From Pseudobdellovibrionaceae bacterium (GTDB lineage: Bacteria > Bdellovibrionota > Bdellovibrionia > Bdellovibrionales > UBA1609): a DNA stretch of 63,604 nt. Within the stretch, counting starts at the first letter, position 1, and each line of letters opens with the position of its first letter. Shown here piece by piece: positions 1 through 9,277 of this stretch. The notes beneath the pieces were generated by a model that worked only from the letters and a program-made list of their open reading frames with translations, had not been told where the DNA came from and did not search any database. The stretch lies in NCBI GenBank assembly GCA_025354795.1, contig JANXMF010000081.1, positions 1 through 63,604 of the forward strand. Reading direction: 5' to 3'. The translations under genes and the position numbers were made by a program.

Positions 1-197
1 GTTTCGACTTTGGGCTGGTTGGCAGGGTTCACTTGAGCTTGTGGAGCAGTACCGGCAGCGGGCAGAGCTGAGTTGGCCGGTGCGGGTTTGATCACTGCAT
101 TCGGGTTGGGCGTCGGCGTACCGGAACTGAAATAGAAGTTCGCGAACAACGCCAGTGCCCCGATGACGAGGCCGAAAACCACTAGCTTATTCCCCAT
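1..197 (-). CDS. Hypothetical membrane-anchored Pro/Ala-rich protein (5' part; runs off window start)
   Basis: Own translation from ATG 197: MGNKLVVFGLVIGALALFANFYFSSGTPTPNPNAVIKPAPANSALPAAAG...; no stop before position 1. Confidence 0.7.
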   Translation of the reverse strand, partial: MGNKLVVFGLVIGALALFANFYFSSGTPTPNPNAVIKPAPANSALPAAGTAPQAQVNPANQPKVE

Positions 198-277
198 GAT
201 ATTTTCCAGACGTCAGACCCCTTTCACTCAATGGTAAACAAAGCCTGAATGGGGAGCAACCTTAATCACTAAGGGAC

Positions 278-757
278 CTAACCCAAAAATTTGAAGGTCT
301 TTTCATTGAAAAAATCGGGTGCTAGTTTTGCACTTTTGCATTTCGGGCAAGTGAGGTCTGCGGGAAGCGTGATGGAAGGGCGCTGACCAGGTTGCGCGTA
401 CTGGTAGTCTTTGCCTCGCGTCAATGTGAGCGTGCTTTCGTTGCCACAGCTCTCACAGGCGAAGGGTGCGCGAAAAGATTCAATGGTCATGCTTTTAGAC
501 AAAAACCCCATGACGATATTGGCTTGCGAGGCAATCATGGAGGGGCAGTTCACCAATAGCACCGCACAATTGTTGGGAATGCGCAAAGTCCACAAAATCC
601 AATTCTTAACACCGATAGAATTGATGGAGTGCACGTTGGTCAAGTCCACGGTGAGCGCAGTGATACCGGCCAGAGGCAGGATAAAAAGCGGCGTACTCTC
701 ACCAATGGAGCCATCCAAATTCGCTCGGATTCGGGTGTCCTCACGCTCAAGCTTCAC
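278..757 (-). CDS. STAS-like domain protein with C-terminal Zn ribbon
   Basis: VDLTNVHSINSIGV resembles the STAS DxSxGx loop; CESC and CPKC pairs; GTG 757 preceded by AAAGGTG. Confidence 0.6.
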   Translation of the reverse strand: MKLEREDTRIRANLDGSIGESTPLFILPLAGITALTVDLTNVHSINSIGVKNWILWTLRIPNNCAVLLVNCPSMIASQANIVMGFLSKSMTIESFRAPFACESCGNESTLTLTRGKDYQYAQPGQRPSITLPADLTCPKCKSAKLAPDFFNEKTFKFLG

Positions 758-921
758 GCTCTCACCTTTTTCGTATCCTTCTAGTATATAGTGCGGATCC
801 CTTGGTCTCAATACTAAACACCGAAGAGTCCCAAATTGCGGCGAACGGGTGGCGCCAGTCGTTTTTGCCTTAGGGACGCGGTAAACTGTTGGGGGCGACC
901 CGCACTAACCAGGGAGTTTCC

Positions 922-1284
922 ATGCTGCACAGTCGAGCTTTCTCAAAATGGTTTATTTTTATTGGCGTGGCGATGATTTGGACCTTAAATGGATGTGGTA
1001 CTTTTTCACGTTCGCGGGAGCAAAACTTGTATCAAGTGCATCTAGGCCAAAGTAGGGTGGAGCTGGTCGAGGCGCTGGGAGAACCGGCGCGCGAGAGCCA
1101 GGATGGTGGTCAGGAGAAATGGTTTTACCAAGTTTATTCCTATGACCGCAGGCAAACTTATCCTTACACCGCGATTTTTGAACACGGCAAATTGACCCAT
1201 TGGGATTTTGACACCAGCCGCACCACTGAAAACCTGCATGCGCACGAATCGCGCAATCCGTCTTCGCAGGATCCACGCTATTGA
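922..1284 (+). CDS. BamE/SmpA-like outer-membrane lipoprotein
   Basis: Lipobox LNGC; VHLGQSRVELVEALGEP...EKWFY...AIFEHGKL is the SmpA/OmlA pattern; AGGGAG before ATG 922. Confidence 0.65.
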   Translation: MLHSRAFSKWFIFIGVAMIWTLNGCGTFSRSREQNLYQVHLGQSRVELVEALGEPARESQDGGQEKWFYQVYSYDRRQTYPYTAIFEHGKLTHWDFDTSRTTENLHAHESRNPSSQDPRY

Positions 1285-1970
1285 TGAAGCGACTTTCTTT
1301 GCTCTTTCTCGTGATGTTTGTGATGGGAGCGGGCAACGGCTCTCACGAAGTTGAAACCAATTCCGTTCACATGGCGAGTGCACCGGGCTGGGTCACTCGG
1401 GTCAAAGTGGACAAAGTCATCGATCACATTCAAATGGTGCTCGAGTGGGACATTCGCCGGATAGAAGCCTACTGGCATTCCGATGCCACCGAATTCGCCA
1501 AAGGCCACGGTCGCGGTCCGTTGGTGATGGCCTACTCCCTAAAAGATAAAAATGCCATCCATCTCGGGCCCAAGGTGACCGACGCCAACTTCAACGCTTA
1601 CTTCGGTCATGAATTGGTGCATATCATCGCTTATCAAAAGTACAAGCAAGCGATTCCGAAGTGGCTAGAAGAGGGCTTGGCCAATTATTTAGCCAAGACC
1701 GCGAAGGTCGACTATCATTGGTTGTCCAGTCAGGCAGCGCCTAAAGATGTGCGTGAGCTCACTCATCCCTTTGACGGCAGCGAGGATCGTCTTCGCTATC
1801 ATTACATGGCTTCGCAGGCTTTGGTGGAAATGATCGCGGCCAAATGTGATTTGGCCAATTTGTTGCGTTTGAGTGTGGGTGAAAAGATGGATGGGTACTT
1901 GGACACATATTGCGAGATTAGAGATTTGAATGCCGCGTTTAAAGCTTGGGTCGCCAAACGCGGCAAGTGA
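1284..1970 (+). CDS. Secreted gluzincin metallopeptidase (peptidase MA-like)
   Basis: Signal peptide; HELVH plus downstream PKWLEEGLANY; TGATG overlap with upstream gene. Confidence 0.75.
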   Translation: MKRLSLLFLVMFVMGAGNGSHEVETNSVHMASAPGWVTRVKVDKVIDHIQMVLEWDIRRIEAYWHSDATEFAKGHGRGPLVMAYSLKDKNAIHLGPKVTDANFNAYFGHELVHIIAYQKYKQAIPKWLEEGLANYLAKTAKVDYHWLSSQAAPKDVRELTHPFDGSEDRLRYHYMASQALVEMIAAKCDLANLLRLSVGEKMDGYLDTYCEIRDLNAAFKAWVAKRGK

Positions 1971-1971
1971 G

Positions 1972-2454
1972 TTAGCGTGCGGCGACTTTGGCGCTGATCG
2001 GGGTGAAAGTCAGATCAATCTTACCCTTACCTTGCGCTTGGACCGTGTCACCCACCGGCACCAAATGGTCAGTCTCAAGCAGGCGGGTAAAAACCGCGTC
2101 ATGGATTAAGGAAAGATTCTGATTGCCGCAATGATCAATCAAGGCCGTCGATTTCCAGTAAATGGACTCTTCGTTGTCACTCGAGATATTGCCTTTCATC
2201 GTCCGGCACGGGGATTTCAACACAAAGTGTTTACCTTTGGCATCTTGTGAAAACACAATGGTGATGGTTTCCGGGATGGCTTGGGGTTTGGTGACACAAG
2301 CCGAGCTGGGATTGCGCATCTTTTCCAGATCGCAGCGGGTGCCGGAACTGTAATGCGAAACTTTAAAGGCTTTGCCCACGGGGAGGTTCGCAGCCAGAGC
2401 GGATTGGCACAAGATGTTTATCGCTATTAAATTAAATAAGTTTAATAATTTCAT
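1972..2454 (-). CDS. Secreted hypothetical protein
   Basis: Signal peptide ending ALA; four Cys in mature part; GAGG upstream. Confidence 0.65.
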   Translation of the reverse strand: MKLLNLFNLIAINILCQSALAANLPVGKAFKVSHYSSGTRCDLEKMRNPSSACVTKPQAIPETITIVFSQDAKGKHFVLKSPCRTMKGNISSDNEESIYWKSTALIDHCGNQNLSLIHDAVFTRLLETDHLVPVGDTVQAQGKGKIDLTFTPISAKVAAR

Positions 2455-2600
2455 CGCAACCTCGGTTTAATTCCGCTTAACGGGTGGGATACGCTCTCTA
2501 AAGCAAGATTCGTGCAAAGCCCTGGCCGCGGCAAAAGCCGCGTGATTTCGCGGGCGCCCCTGACCGTTTCCTAGACACATGTCGAGCTACTCCTAACACC

Positions 2601-2617
2601 TGTTTCAGAGTGAGACG
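2601..2617. promoter_or_regulatory. Imperfect palindrome TGTTTCA-N3-TGAGAC, candidate TF site
   Basis: tgtttcagagtgagacg; similar sites at 42024 and 61288. Confidence 0.4.
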
Positions 2618-2703
2618 AAGCCGCCGGAGCACGCGGACCGAGCTTCCTTATGACCAATGTCGCAATTTAAAAATTTGAGTCCGTTTGCACACTTTGGTCG
2701 CAT

Positions 2704-2730
2704 CGAAATACGTGAGTGAATCCCCGATAA
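2704..2730 (+). promoter_or_regulatory. sigma28/FliA-like promoter
   Basis: CGAA-N15-CCCGATAA, 33 nt upstream of the FecR-domain gene. Confidence 0.4.
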
Positions 2731-2763
2731 AACCAATGTGCATATATAGATAGGAAATAATAG

Positions 2764-5367
2764 TTGAAGCGTGAGAATCGCACCGACCGAATTTTAGTTC
2801 TCGTTGCTCTTGCCATTTTCATAATGGCCAGCGGGCTATTTTATTTCGACGGTTGGATCTGGGGGAACCGCCACAGCCGCAGTGATCATATCGGCGTGCT
2901 GGCTTCGCGCTCCGGTGACGTGCGCATGAAATTCAACGGCGAACTCAAGTGGCAAAAAGCTTCGAATGGCCAAGATTTAATTTACAATGATGCGGTTTAT
3001 GCCGGAGCCGGCGCGCGCGCCCAGCTACAACTGGGTGAGAGCGAAATGACAGTCTCTGAAAATACCCTGATTGTGCTTCGCCGCGACCAGAACGTAAACT
3101 TCATGAATTTAGCGTACGGCAATCTGTTCGGCAACATCGCCAAAAACGAGAAGGTGATTATCGACACCGGCGAAGGCAAGCCGATCGAATTGACCACCTC
3201 CAGCCGCACCTCGATTGTGCTTAAAAAAACTGGCCGCCACACCGAGCTCGAAGTTGTTTCGGGCGATGCCAAAGTTAAAATCGACGGCAAAGACACCCAC
3301 CTCACAAAATCAACACGGGTCATGGTGGACGAAAAGAACACCAGCAAAATGGAGCCGGTGGCACTGCAGCTCGTGCATCCGCTCAGCTCTCAGGTCGTTT
3401 ATTCCGGCGCCCCGACCACGATTCCCTTCGCGTGGAAGTGGAACACTGGCCGCACACCCACCCGCGACGAGCGCTACACCGTCGAATTTTCCGAGTCTCC
3501 AGCCTTTGCGGAATTGAAAGCCAAACGCGACGTGCGCGGAGCCTTAACTACCAACCTTCCCGTAGTTGAATCGACCAGCCTATTTTACCGCGTGCGCGCG
3601 CCCGGCGGCGTACTCTCCGGTATTGAAAAAATAAATTTTGTGCGCATGGGAAAACCAATAATTATCAAGCCCGTGGTTCAAGACCGCATTCTCACCAGTC
3701 GCGATAGCAAAGCGCCGGTGGAGATCGTGTTCGAGCGGCCGCCCAACTCCAGTGTTTTTTACCAGATCGCGCGCGATGCCGAATTTCAAGGCGTGGTGGT
3801 GGCGGAGAACACGCCGCAAGAGAAGCGTGTGCAAGAACTGCCCGCTGGACGTTACTTTGTGCGCGCCAAAGGCGGCTTTGGTGGCACGCACTGGACCGAT
3901 TGGACTGAGCCCGTGCCGTTCACAGTAGAAACCCGCCAAGACATTTTGCCTTTGGTGCAAATGCGCGACAAAACGCGAGTGATTATTCCCAATCGTGACT
4001 ATCCGCCGGCGCTTTACCAAAGCGCTGCACCTAAGGTGGAAAATTACCTTGCGGGCCGGGGGTTGCTGCGCAACTTCTTCGCGGTTCCGGCCGGCGGCAT
4101 GGATGAATTGCGCGTGCAGTTTGAAAACGCTGAGGCGCGCGCTCAACACGACAATTCGTGGCCGGTAAATCGCATCCATCCGGCACAATATAAATTCAAG
4201 TACCAATACAGCAAAGAAGGCTGGCAACTTTCGCCCTGGTCGACGCCCAAGAAATTGGAGATCTCGATGGAGCCGCCGCGACCGGTGGGCAATGTCCGTT
4301 ACGGCAACACCGACGTGAAGAGTGGAATGACCGAGGCTGAGTGGGATTTCACGCCGTTGCTGTTCGCACGCTCTTATGACGTCGAGATTTCCCACGATCC
4401 TTATATGCGCGCGCCCACCGAACTGAAGGTAGAGCGGCCGATGGTCAAAACCCAGTTGCGTGGCGACAACTATTGGCGCGTGCGGGCGCGCGATGCCCAG
4501 GGCCACATCATCAGTGAATTCTCGCAAACTCAAAAGCTCCTGGCCATGGTCCCGCAATTTTTAGCCAAAAACGATCTCACGCCGAAGCCTCCGCCTGAGC
4601 GCAAACCCGCGGCCGTGGAAAAAACGGTCACGCGCATTGAGCACAAGGGCGACGTCCCGTATGATAAAAATGGTTGGTGGATGTGGGTCGGCGGTGGTGA
4701 AAACTACGTCAATTACCAGCAGTCGATGCAGGCTATCGGTACTCTTAGCGATCAGCACCTCAGAGGCCCGAGTGAATATTTAGAAGCCGGATACAGCGGC
4801 CACAGCGGCACGGGCGGAGTCATGACGTTTAAGTCCACCCTCGGCGAACTCGATCCGGCCAACGCCGCGATCGACAGCACCGTCTATAAATGGAAGACGT
4901 TTTCACTCGAGGGGACCAGCACTCATCTCTCCAAATTCACCTTTGTCGGCATGCCCATCACCTACGGTTTTCGCGCCGGTCTCCAACAGCACCAACTGCC
5001 ATTCGTAGTGTTCAACACCTCCGATGGCTCGCTCAGCATGCGCTCAAACACCATGAACAACGCTTCACTCGGCACGACCGCCGAAATGGTGCGCCGACGC
5101 TGGACCTATTACTGGATGATTCGCTACCAATATCCGCTGTCGAGCTCCGCCAGCGGCAGTTCACAGTTTGCAATCAAGCCGGTCTTTGATTTCGACGGTT
5201 CAATCGGCACATCCTACAATCTGACCCGCCAGTTGAAGCTTGGCCTGTTTTGGTATGGGCAATGGCATCAGTTTAATTTTGATTACGGCGATGGCGAGCA
5301 GTCCTACACGGGGTTCCAGTCGTTGTTCTATTCTAACGTCGATTTGCGTTTGGGATTTGATTTTTAG
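2764..5367 (+). CDS. FecR-domain protein with FN3/Ig-like repeats and C-terminal outer-membrane beta-barrel
   Basis: N-terminal TM; FecR-like GDVRMK...AQLQLGESEMTVSENTLIVL; repeated Y(T/D)VE(F/I)S...Y(F/W)RVRA modules; amphipathic beta-strands ending LRLGFDF. Confidence 0.65.
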   Translation: MKRENRTDRILVLVALAIFIMASGLFYFDGWIWGNRHSRSDHIGVLASRSGDVRMKFNGELKWQKASNGQDLIYNDAVYAGAGARAQLQLGESEMTVSENTLIVLRRDQNVNFMNLAYGNLFGNIAKNEKVIIDTGEGKPIELTTSSRTSIVLKKTGRHTELEVVSGDAKVKIDGKDTHLTKSTRVMVDEKNTSKMEPVALQLVHPLSSQVVYSGAPTTIPFAWKWNTGRTPTRDERYTVEFSESPAFAELKAKRDVRGALTTNLPVVESTSLFYRVRAPGGVLSGIEKINFVRMGKPIIIKPVVQDRILTSRDSKAPVEIVFERPPNSSVFYQIARDAEFQGVVVAENTPQEKRVQELPAGRYFVRAKGGFGGTHWTDWTEPVPFTVETRQDILPLVQMRDKTRVIIPNRDYPPALYQSAAPKVENYLAGRGLLRNFFAVPAGGMDELRVQFENAEARAQHDNSWPVNRIHPAQYKFKYQYSKEGWQLSPWSTPKKLEISMEPPRPVGNVRYGNTDVKSGMTEAEWDFTPLLFARSYDVEISHDPYMRAPTELKVERPMVKTQLRGDNYWRVRARDAQGHIISEFSQTQKLLAMVPQFLAKNDLTPKPPPERKPAAVEKTVTRIEHKGDVPYDKNGWWMWVGGGENYVNYQQSMQAIGTLSDQHLRGPSEYLEAGYSGHSGTGGVMTFKSTLGELDPANAAIDSTVYKWKTFSLEGTSTHLSKFTFVGMPITYGFRAGLQQHQLPFVVFNTSDGSLSMRSNTMNNASLGTTAEMVRRRWTYYWMIRYQYPLSSSASGSSQFAIKPVFDFDGSIGTSYNLTRQLKLGLFWYGQWHQFNFDYGDGEQSYTGFQSLFYSNVDLRLGFDF

Positions 5368-5512
5368 AAACTGGGCTCATCAACAATGCCGTTTTACGTC
5401 CCCCACTTCACCAATTTACATTGTGCAGACTCGTACTCAATCGAAATCACTGCTGAATTTGCCAGGCACGAATCCTGAATTACAATAACCACCACCTGCC
5501 AAGGATGGCTGT

Positions 5513-6181
5513 GTGGATTTTTTCACGGAGGAAGAATTGCCCAAAATCGCCGATGGCTGGCTACGTAAAATCATGGCTTCGATTTTTCTCTCAGCCGCCA
5601 TTCTCGCCATCGCCAATCTCGAGACCATCTGGCGGGAATATTTGCATGCCGAAGTCGACTATAAGATCACCAGACCCGAGAAGAAAACCAAGGCCGCAAT
5701 CCATCTCAAGCTCGACAAAGTCGCGGGTGATTCCATCGATCAAGGCTTTGAAGCGAGCCTTGAACAAGATGCCCTGAACGACGAAAATCCCTTCGCCAAA
5801 TTGCGCGACCTTGAGCCCGTGCAACGTATCTTGCGCAAAGGCATTGCCCACTATCACCGCGACACTTATCGCAGCTCGGAGTACCAGCAAGAGAGTGGCT
5901 ACGATTTAGTAGTGTATGCGATCCAACAAAAGGACGGGAGCGCCTCGACTATTCTAGCGTATCTGGAGCGCAACAAAATCTTGACCGTACACGATGTCGG
6001 ATCCGCCGATGACCGTGTTTCCGTCGTGGTCTTTGTTGTCGGCGAGGGTGAGGGTTCCGACTACGCTTTGTACCGTAACGGCGACGCGAAAGAGCAATCC
6101 AAACTGTCTTTGGCGGAGGCCGAAACCCTCATCAACCGCCGGATTAGCGCCGGGGTGCCCTTTTTCTCTGTAGCGCGTTAA
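5513..6181 (+). CDS. Hypothetical single-pass membrane protein
   Basis: 222-aa ORF with one hydrophobic segment near the N-terminus; AAGGA before GTG. Confidence 0.65.
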   Translation: MDFFTEEELPKIADGWLRKIMASIFLSAAILAIANLETIWREYLHAEVDYKITRPEKKTKAAIHLKLDKVAGDSIDQGFEASLEQDALNDENPFAKLRDLEPVQRILRKGIAHYHRDTYRSSEYQQESGYDLVVYAIQQKDGSASTILAYLERNKILTVHDVGSADDRVSVVVFVVGEGEGSDYALYRNGDAKEQSKLSLAEAETLINRRISAGVPFFSVAR

Positions 6182-6359
6182 GTACAGTCCTGAATTCTTT
6201 ACACATTTTGGCTATTTTGCTGGTTTTGGCGGCACCAAAAGTGTCTGCATTTATACTCTTGACGGCTGTAAAAGACTCGATGCATAACTTGTTCTCGCGG
6301 TGGAGCACTCTCCGTCACGAATGAGTGGAAAACTAAAAATAACTAAAGGATTACTGCAA

Positions 6360-7343
6360 ATGTTGAAAGCAATGCTTGGAACACTTGTGTTCGCGCTGTC
6401 TCTCTCAAGTCATGTATATGCTGCTGATGAAAATTCGTCGGAAAGCAAGACGTCGGTAAAAATTGACGATGCTGCTGGCAGACGCAACTCCGTTGCAGGC
6501 GATATCGACGAAGAGATTACCAACGCTAAATTGCGTGCGGAGTCTGGCTCGAAGTCGAAGTTCTCGATGTCGGTGGAAGCGACCTACACCGGCGGTTCCG
6601 TGTCGCGTCCGTTTGGCGAGAATCGTCCTGACATTAAAGGTATCCCCGGCGCCCAAAAATCAACCAGCGCCAATATCGGTGTGAATGCCCGTTACCGCAT
6701 GAATAAGAACGATAGTATCACTGCAGGTACTAGCTTTGGCGTCATGACTCCCTTTCAAGGTCGAGTCAATTCGAAGCGCAAACAGTTCAACGTTTTTGAC
6801 CCGAACGTGGCTTACAATCGCGTTGGCAAAGTCGGTGATTTGCAAACCACCGGCCTATTGCAGTATTCGCCTGGTACCTCAAACGAGGCCCGCGATGCGG
6901 ATCGCACCCATGCGGTTTCGGCGCAATATGTAGCGATGAAGGCCTTCCAAAATGGTATCAGTATCGGTGCAGCCTTCGAAGCTGACTACTACGTATATAG
7001 CACGGGTGCCGGCAAGAGTAAGAACGCGGACAACTCGTTGCTAACCGGAATGTATGGAAACGATGGCCGCGCACAGTGGGAACTTGGTATTTTTCCTTTG
7101 GCTGAATATGCGATCAATGATCGTTACTCCTTGCGTACAGTGTTCGGTTATTTCAACTGGTATCACCTCGTTGGAGACGCCAATCGGGCACGTTTGTTAC
7201 AAGCATACGTCTACCAGTCCATTGGCATTGGCGTTGCGGTAACTCGCGATGTCTATCTGTATCCAAACGTTCAGTTCCTCCCGGGCGAAATGCGCGCGAA
7301 GGACACCAACGTTGCATTGAATGCAACTCTCAACGTATTCTAA
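6360..7343 (+). CDS. popA: Major outer-membrane beta-barrel, PopA-like (Bdellovibrio major OMP family)
   Basis: Signal peptide; DIDEEITNAKLRAESGSKSK, YSLRTVFGYF and VTRDVYLYPNVQF...TNVALNATLNVF match, from recall, the B. bacteriovorus major OMP; AAAGGA RBS; own terminator. Confidence 0.7.
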   Translation: MLKAMLGTLVFALSLSSHVYAADENSSESKTSVKIDDAAGRRNSVAGDIDEEITNAKLRAESGSKSKFSMSVEATYTGGSVSRPFGENRPDIKGIPGAQKSTSANIGVNARYRMNKNDSITAGTSFGVMTPFQGRVNSKRKQFNVFDPNVAYNRVGKVGDLQTTGLLQYSPGTSNEARDADRTHAVSAQYVAMKAFQNGISIGAAFEADYYVYSTGAGKSKNADNSLLTGMYGNDGRAQWELGIFPLAEYAINDRYSLRTVFGYFNWYHLVGDANRARLLQAYVYQSIGIGVAVTRDVYLYPNVQFLPGEMRAKDTNVALNATLNVF

Positions 7344-7364
7344 ATAAAAGCGTTGTTGAAGTAG

Positions 7365-7396
7365 AAAAAACGGCAGCTAAACGCTGCCGTTTTTTT
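7365..7396. terminator. Bidirectional intrinsic terminator
   Basis: AAAAAA-CGGCAGC-TAAAC-GCTGCCG-TTTTTTT between convergent genes. Confidence 0.85.
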
Positions 7397-7403
7397 ATGC
7401 CTT

Positions 7404-8213
7404 TTAGCCGGCCTCTTGGAAGCGGCCGTTGAGAATTTTAAAAACAAATTCTGATCCAAGCTGCCGAACGAGCCGCGCTTGCACGGTGCTTTGCAATTCC
7501 TCAAAGCGCAGCTCGCACAGCCATGATTCGAGCCCCGGAGGATAGGTGTTCGAAAGGCTACGCATGAGAATCTCGTCGCCGTTGATTTTGACAATCTTAG
7601 CCCACGGTCCGAGCCCTTGGAAGTTCACCAAGATCGGCAAACGGACGGTCACAAGCACCCCTAAATGGGGGGTTGGCTGGAAATCGGACTCCGCAAGGAC
7701 CTGCGCCGGGGCTGCCGGACGGGGCACCCAATCGGTCACTTTCGGCCATGCGGGTTTTGGTAAAACCCACCCGAACTTTGGCGTTTGCAGAGAAGGCATT
7801 TTGGGGCTCGGCACATAGGCCGTGACCTGTTGATGAAACTCCTGGACGTAGACCAAAATAAATATCGCGACATTGATAATCATGGCGATGACCGCCTGAG
7901 GTAGGGCGGTGCGTGCGTCGGCCGTAAATGAGAATGAGTTATAAATAATAAATAGCCCTAACAGAGCAAGCACCAGCGACCAGCTCGAGCGGCGGCCCTT
8001 CACCATCATGGCTCCAATCACGAGACTGCCTAAATTGAGAAGCCAGTAGCTCAGAGGTAAGTGCGTCGCGACCGCGCTAAGGCCTTTCCAATTCCAGATG
8101 TCCGTGCGTTTTTGCACAGCCGCAATCAACATCAAATTGCAAAATGGAGAAAGTAAGAACAGCACTCCACCGACTTGGATTGTGCGTTCCCGGCGGAGCA
8201 GCTTCGCGGTCAT
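7404..8213 (-). CDS. 4-TM membrane protein with Pro-rich linker and possible degenerate PilZ-like C-terminus
   Basis: Four hydrophobic helices, PSPKMPSLQTP linker, beta-rich tail (VQARLVR...FVFK); ATGA overlap with upstream gene. Confidence 0.55.
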   Translation of the reverse strand: MTAKLLRRERTIQVGGVLFLLSPFCNLMLIAAVQKRTDIWNWKGLSAVATHLPLSYWLLNLGSLVIGAMMVKGRRSSWSLVLALLGLFIIYNSFSFTADARTALPQAVIAMIINVAIFILVYVQEFHQQVTAYVPSPKMPSLQTPKFGWVLPKPAWPKVTDWVPRPAAPAQVLAESDFQPTPHLGVLVTVRLPILVNFQGLGPWAKIVKINGDEILMRSLSNTYPPGLESWLCELRFEELQSTVQARLVRQLGSEFVFKILNGRFQEAG

Positions 8214-9061
8214 GCGACGTCCGCGCCCGGCTTTTTCGAGTCGGGTATGAAGCGCATCTGCGCCACCACCTGGGGTTCGGATTCGTCAACGACCGGCGCT
8301 TGACTCACAACCGGCGCCTGGATCGGATCATGTTGCGGCTCAAACGCCTGCTGTGGATCCTTAGCGCGCATCTTGCGTCGGAACTCCAGGGCCTGGCTGG
8401 AGGCGATCACTAAGCAAATAGCCAGCGGATCAAACACGAAGATCAGAATTAGAATTAAATATTTGACCACTTGATCCACTTCAAGATTAAACGCTCGCGC
8501 AATGTATATGATCGGGCCCACTTTACGTTTGAGATCGACATTTTGCACTTCGGTCTTTGTAGTCGTCGCATTAATTTGTTCGATATTGCGGCTGAGCCGC
8601 GCAAGCTCGGGCTCGGCCTCTTTTCGCGCCGTGAGTTTTCGGGTGATGCGGCTGGCAGGGATTTCTTCAACGGCGCGATTGATGCGCTCGACCTCCGCTT
8701 GCGCCCGGATGAGCTCACCCTTTAACGAGGCGAGCTTAATATTTTCGGTATCGAGCGCGGTAGTGGCGCCTTGATAAGCGTTCGAAAAAAATCCAAAGAT
8801 GCCCATGCTTGTGATTAGACTCAAGATCACCACCGCCAACGAAAGGTAGCTCTTAAAAATCCTGTTCTGCAAACGCCAGGTTTGGTGCAAGTAGGCCGCA
8901 ATGACAAACTTGGCCAATTCGAGCGACGCCATGGCTGCAACAATGGCGGTGGACGCACCAGAAAAAAGCTGGCTTAAGCCGAAGACTGAAAAACTAGCTC
9001 CCAGCGTCGACACTGAAACCGCGGTTAAAATAACGCCAATCACGCACCATAGGGCTACCAT
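8210..9061 (-). CDS. Membrane protein with periplasmic coiled coil (DUF4407-like)
   Basis: 3 TM (LELAKF; SLITSMGIFGFFS), a coiled coil, then TM with IFVFDPLAI; ATG 9061. Confidence 0.65.
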   Translation of the reverse strand: MVALWCVIGVILTAVSVSTLGASFSVFGLSQLFSGASTAIVAAMASLELAKFVIAAYLHQTWRLQNRIFKSYLSLAVVILSLITSMGIFGFFSNAYQGATTALDTENIKLASLKGELIRAQAEVERINRAVEEIPASRITRKLTARKEAEPELARLSRNIEQINATTTKTEVQNVDLKRKVGPIIYIARAFNLEVDQVVKYLILILIFVFDPLAICLVIASSQALEFRRKMRAKDPQQAFEPQHDPIQAPVVSQAPVVDESEPQVVAQMRFIPDSKKPGADVA

Positions 9062-9069
9062 ATGAAGAG

Positions 9070-9096
9070 TTATCGGCAAAAACGAAGGTGAATTCG
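9070..9096 (-). promoter_or_regulatory. sigma28/FliA-like promoter, probably leaderless transcript
   Basis: Minus strand CGAA-N15-GCCGATAA (perfect -10), 8 nt before ATG 9061. Confidence 0.55.
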
Positions 9097-9206
9097 CCGT
9101 CCTTGTGTCCAGAACGGCAGCTCGATTAATGTATAGATTTGCCTCAAAAGAGAACCAGGTAGTACTTAGGTAACTTGTCCTTACCGCGACTGGTCGACCC
9201 CCGGGC

Positions 9207-9236
9207 TTGAAGGGCCTATCGACTTTAGGCTATTCT
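9207..9236 (+). promoter_or_regulatory. sigma70-like promoter of yceI
   Basis: TTGAAG-N18-TATTCT. Confidence 0.35.
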
Positions 9237-9277
9237 TTTTGTCCGAATCAAAACGCAAACGCAAAAGGGGAAGTCAT

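Noticed and set aside
2502-2517. sigma54 promoters here (minus strand TTGCAC-N5-TTGCT) and at 5464 and 61298
   Set aside because: Each lacks either the invariant GG or the GC dinucleotide
2490-2560. c-di-GMP-I riboswitch suggested by GCAAAGCC and a CGCGGC-AAAA-GCCGCG hairpin
   Set aside because: The P1 GNRA tetraloop/receptor arrangement is not recognisable; an Rfam search would settle it
3580-4557. 325-aa minus-strand ORF
   Set aside because: Lies wholly antisense to the 867-aa FecR-domain gene; shadow ORF
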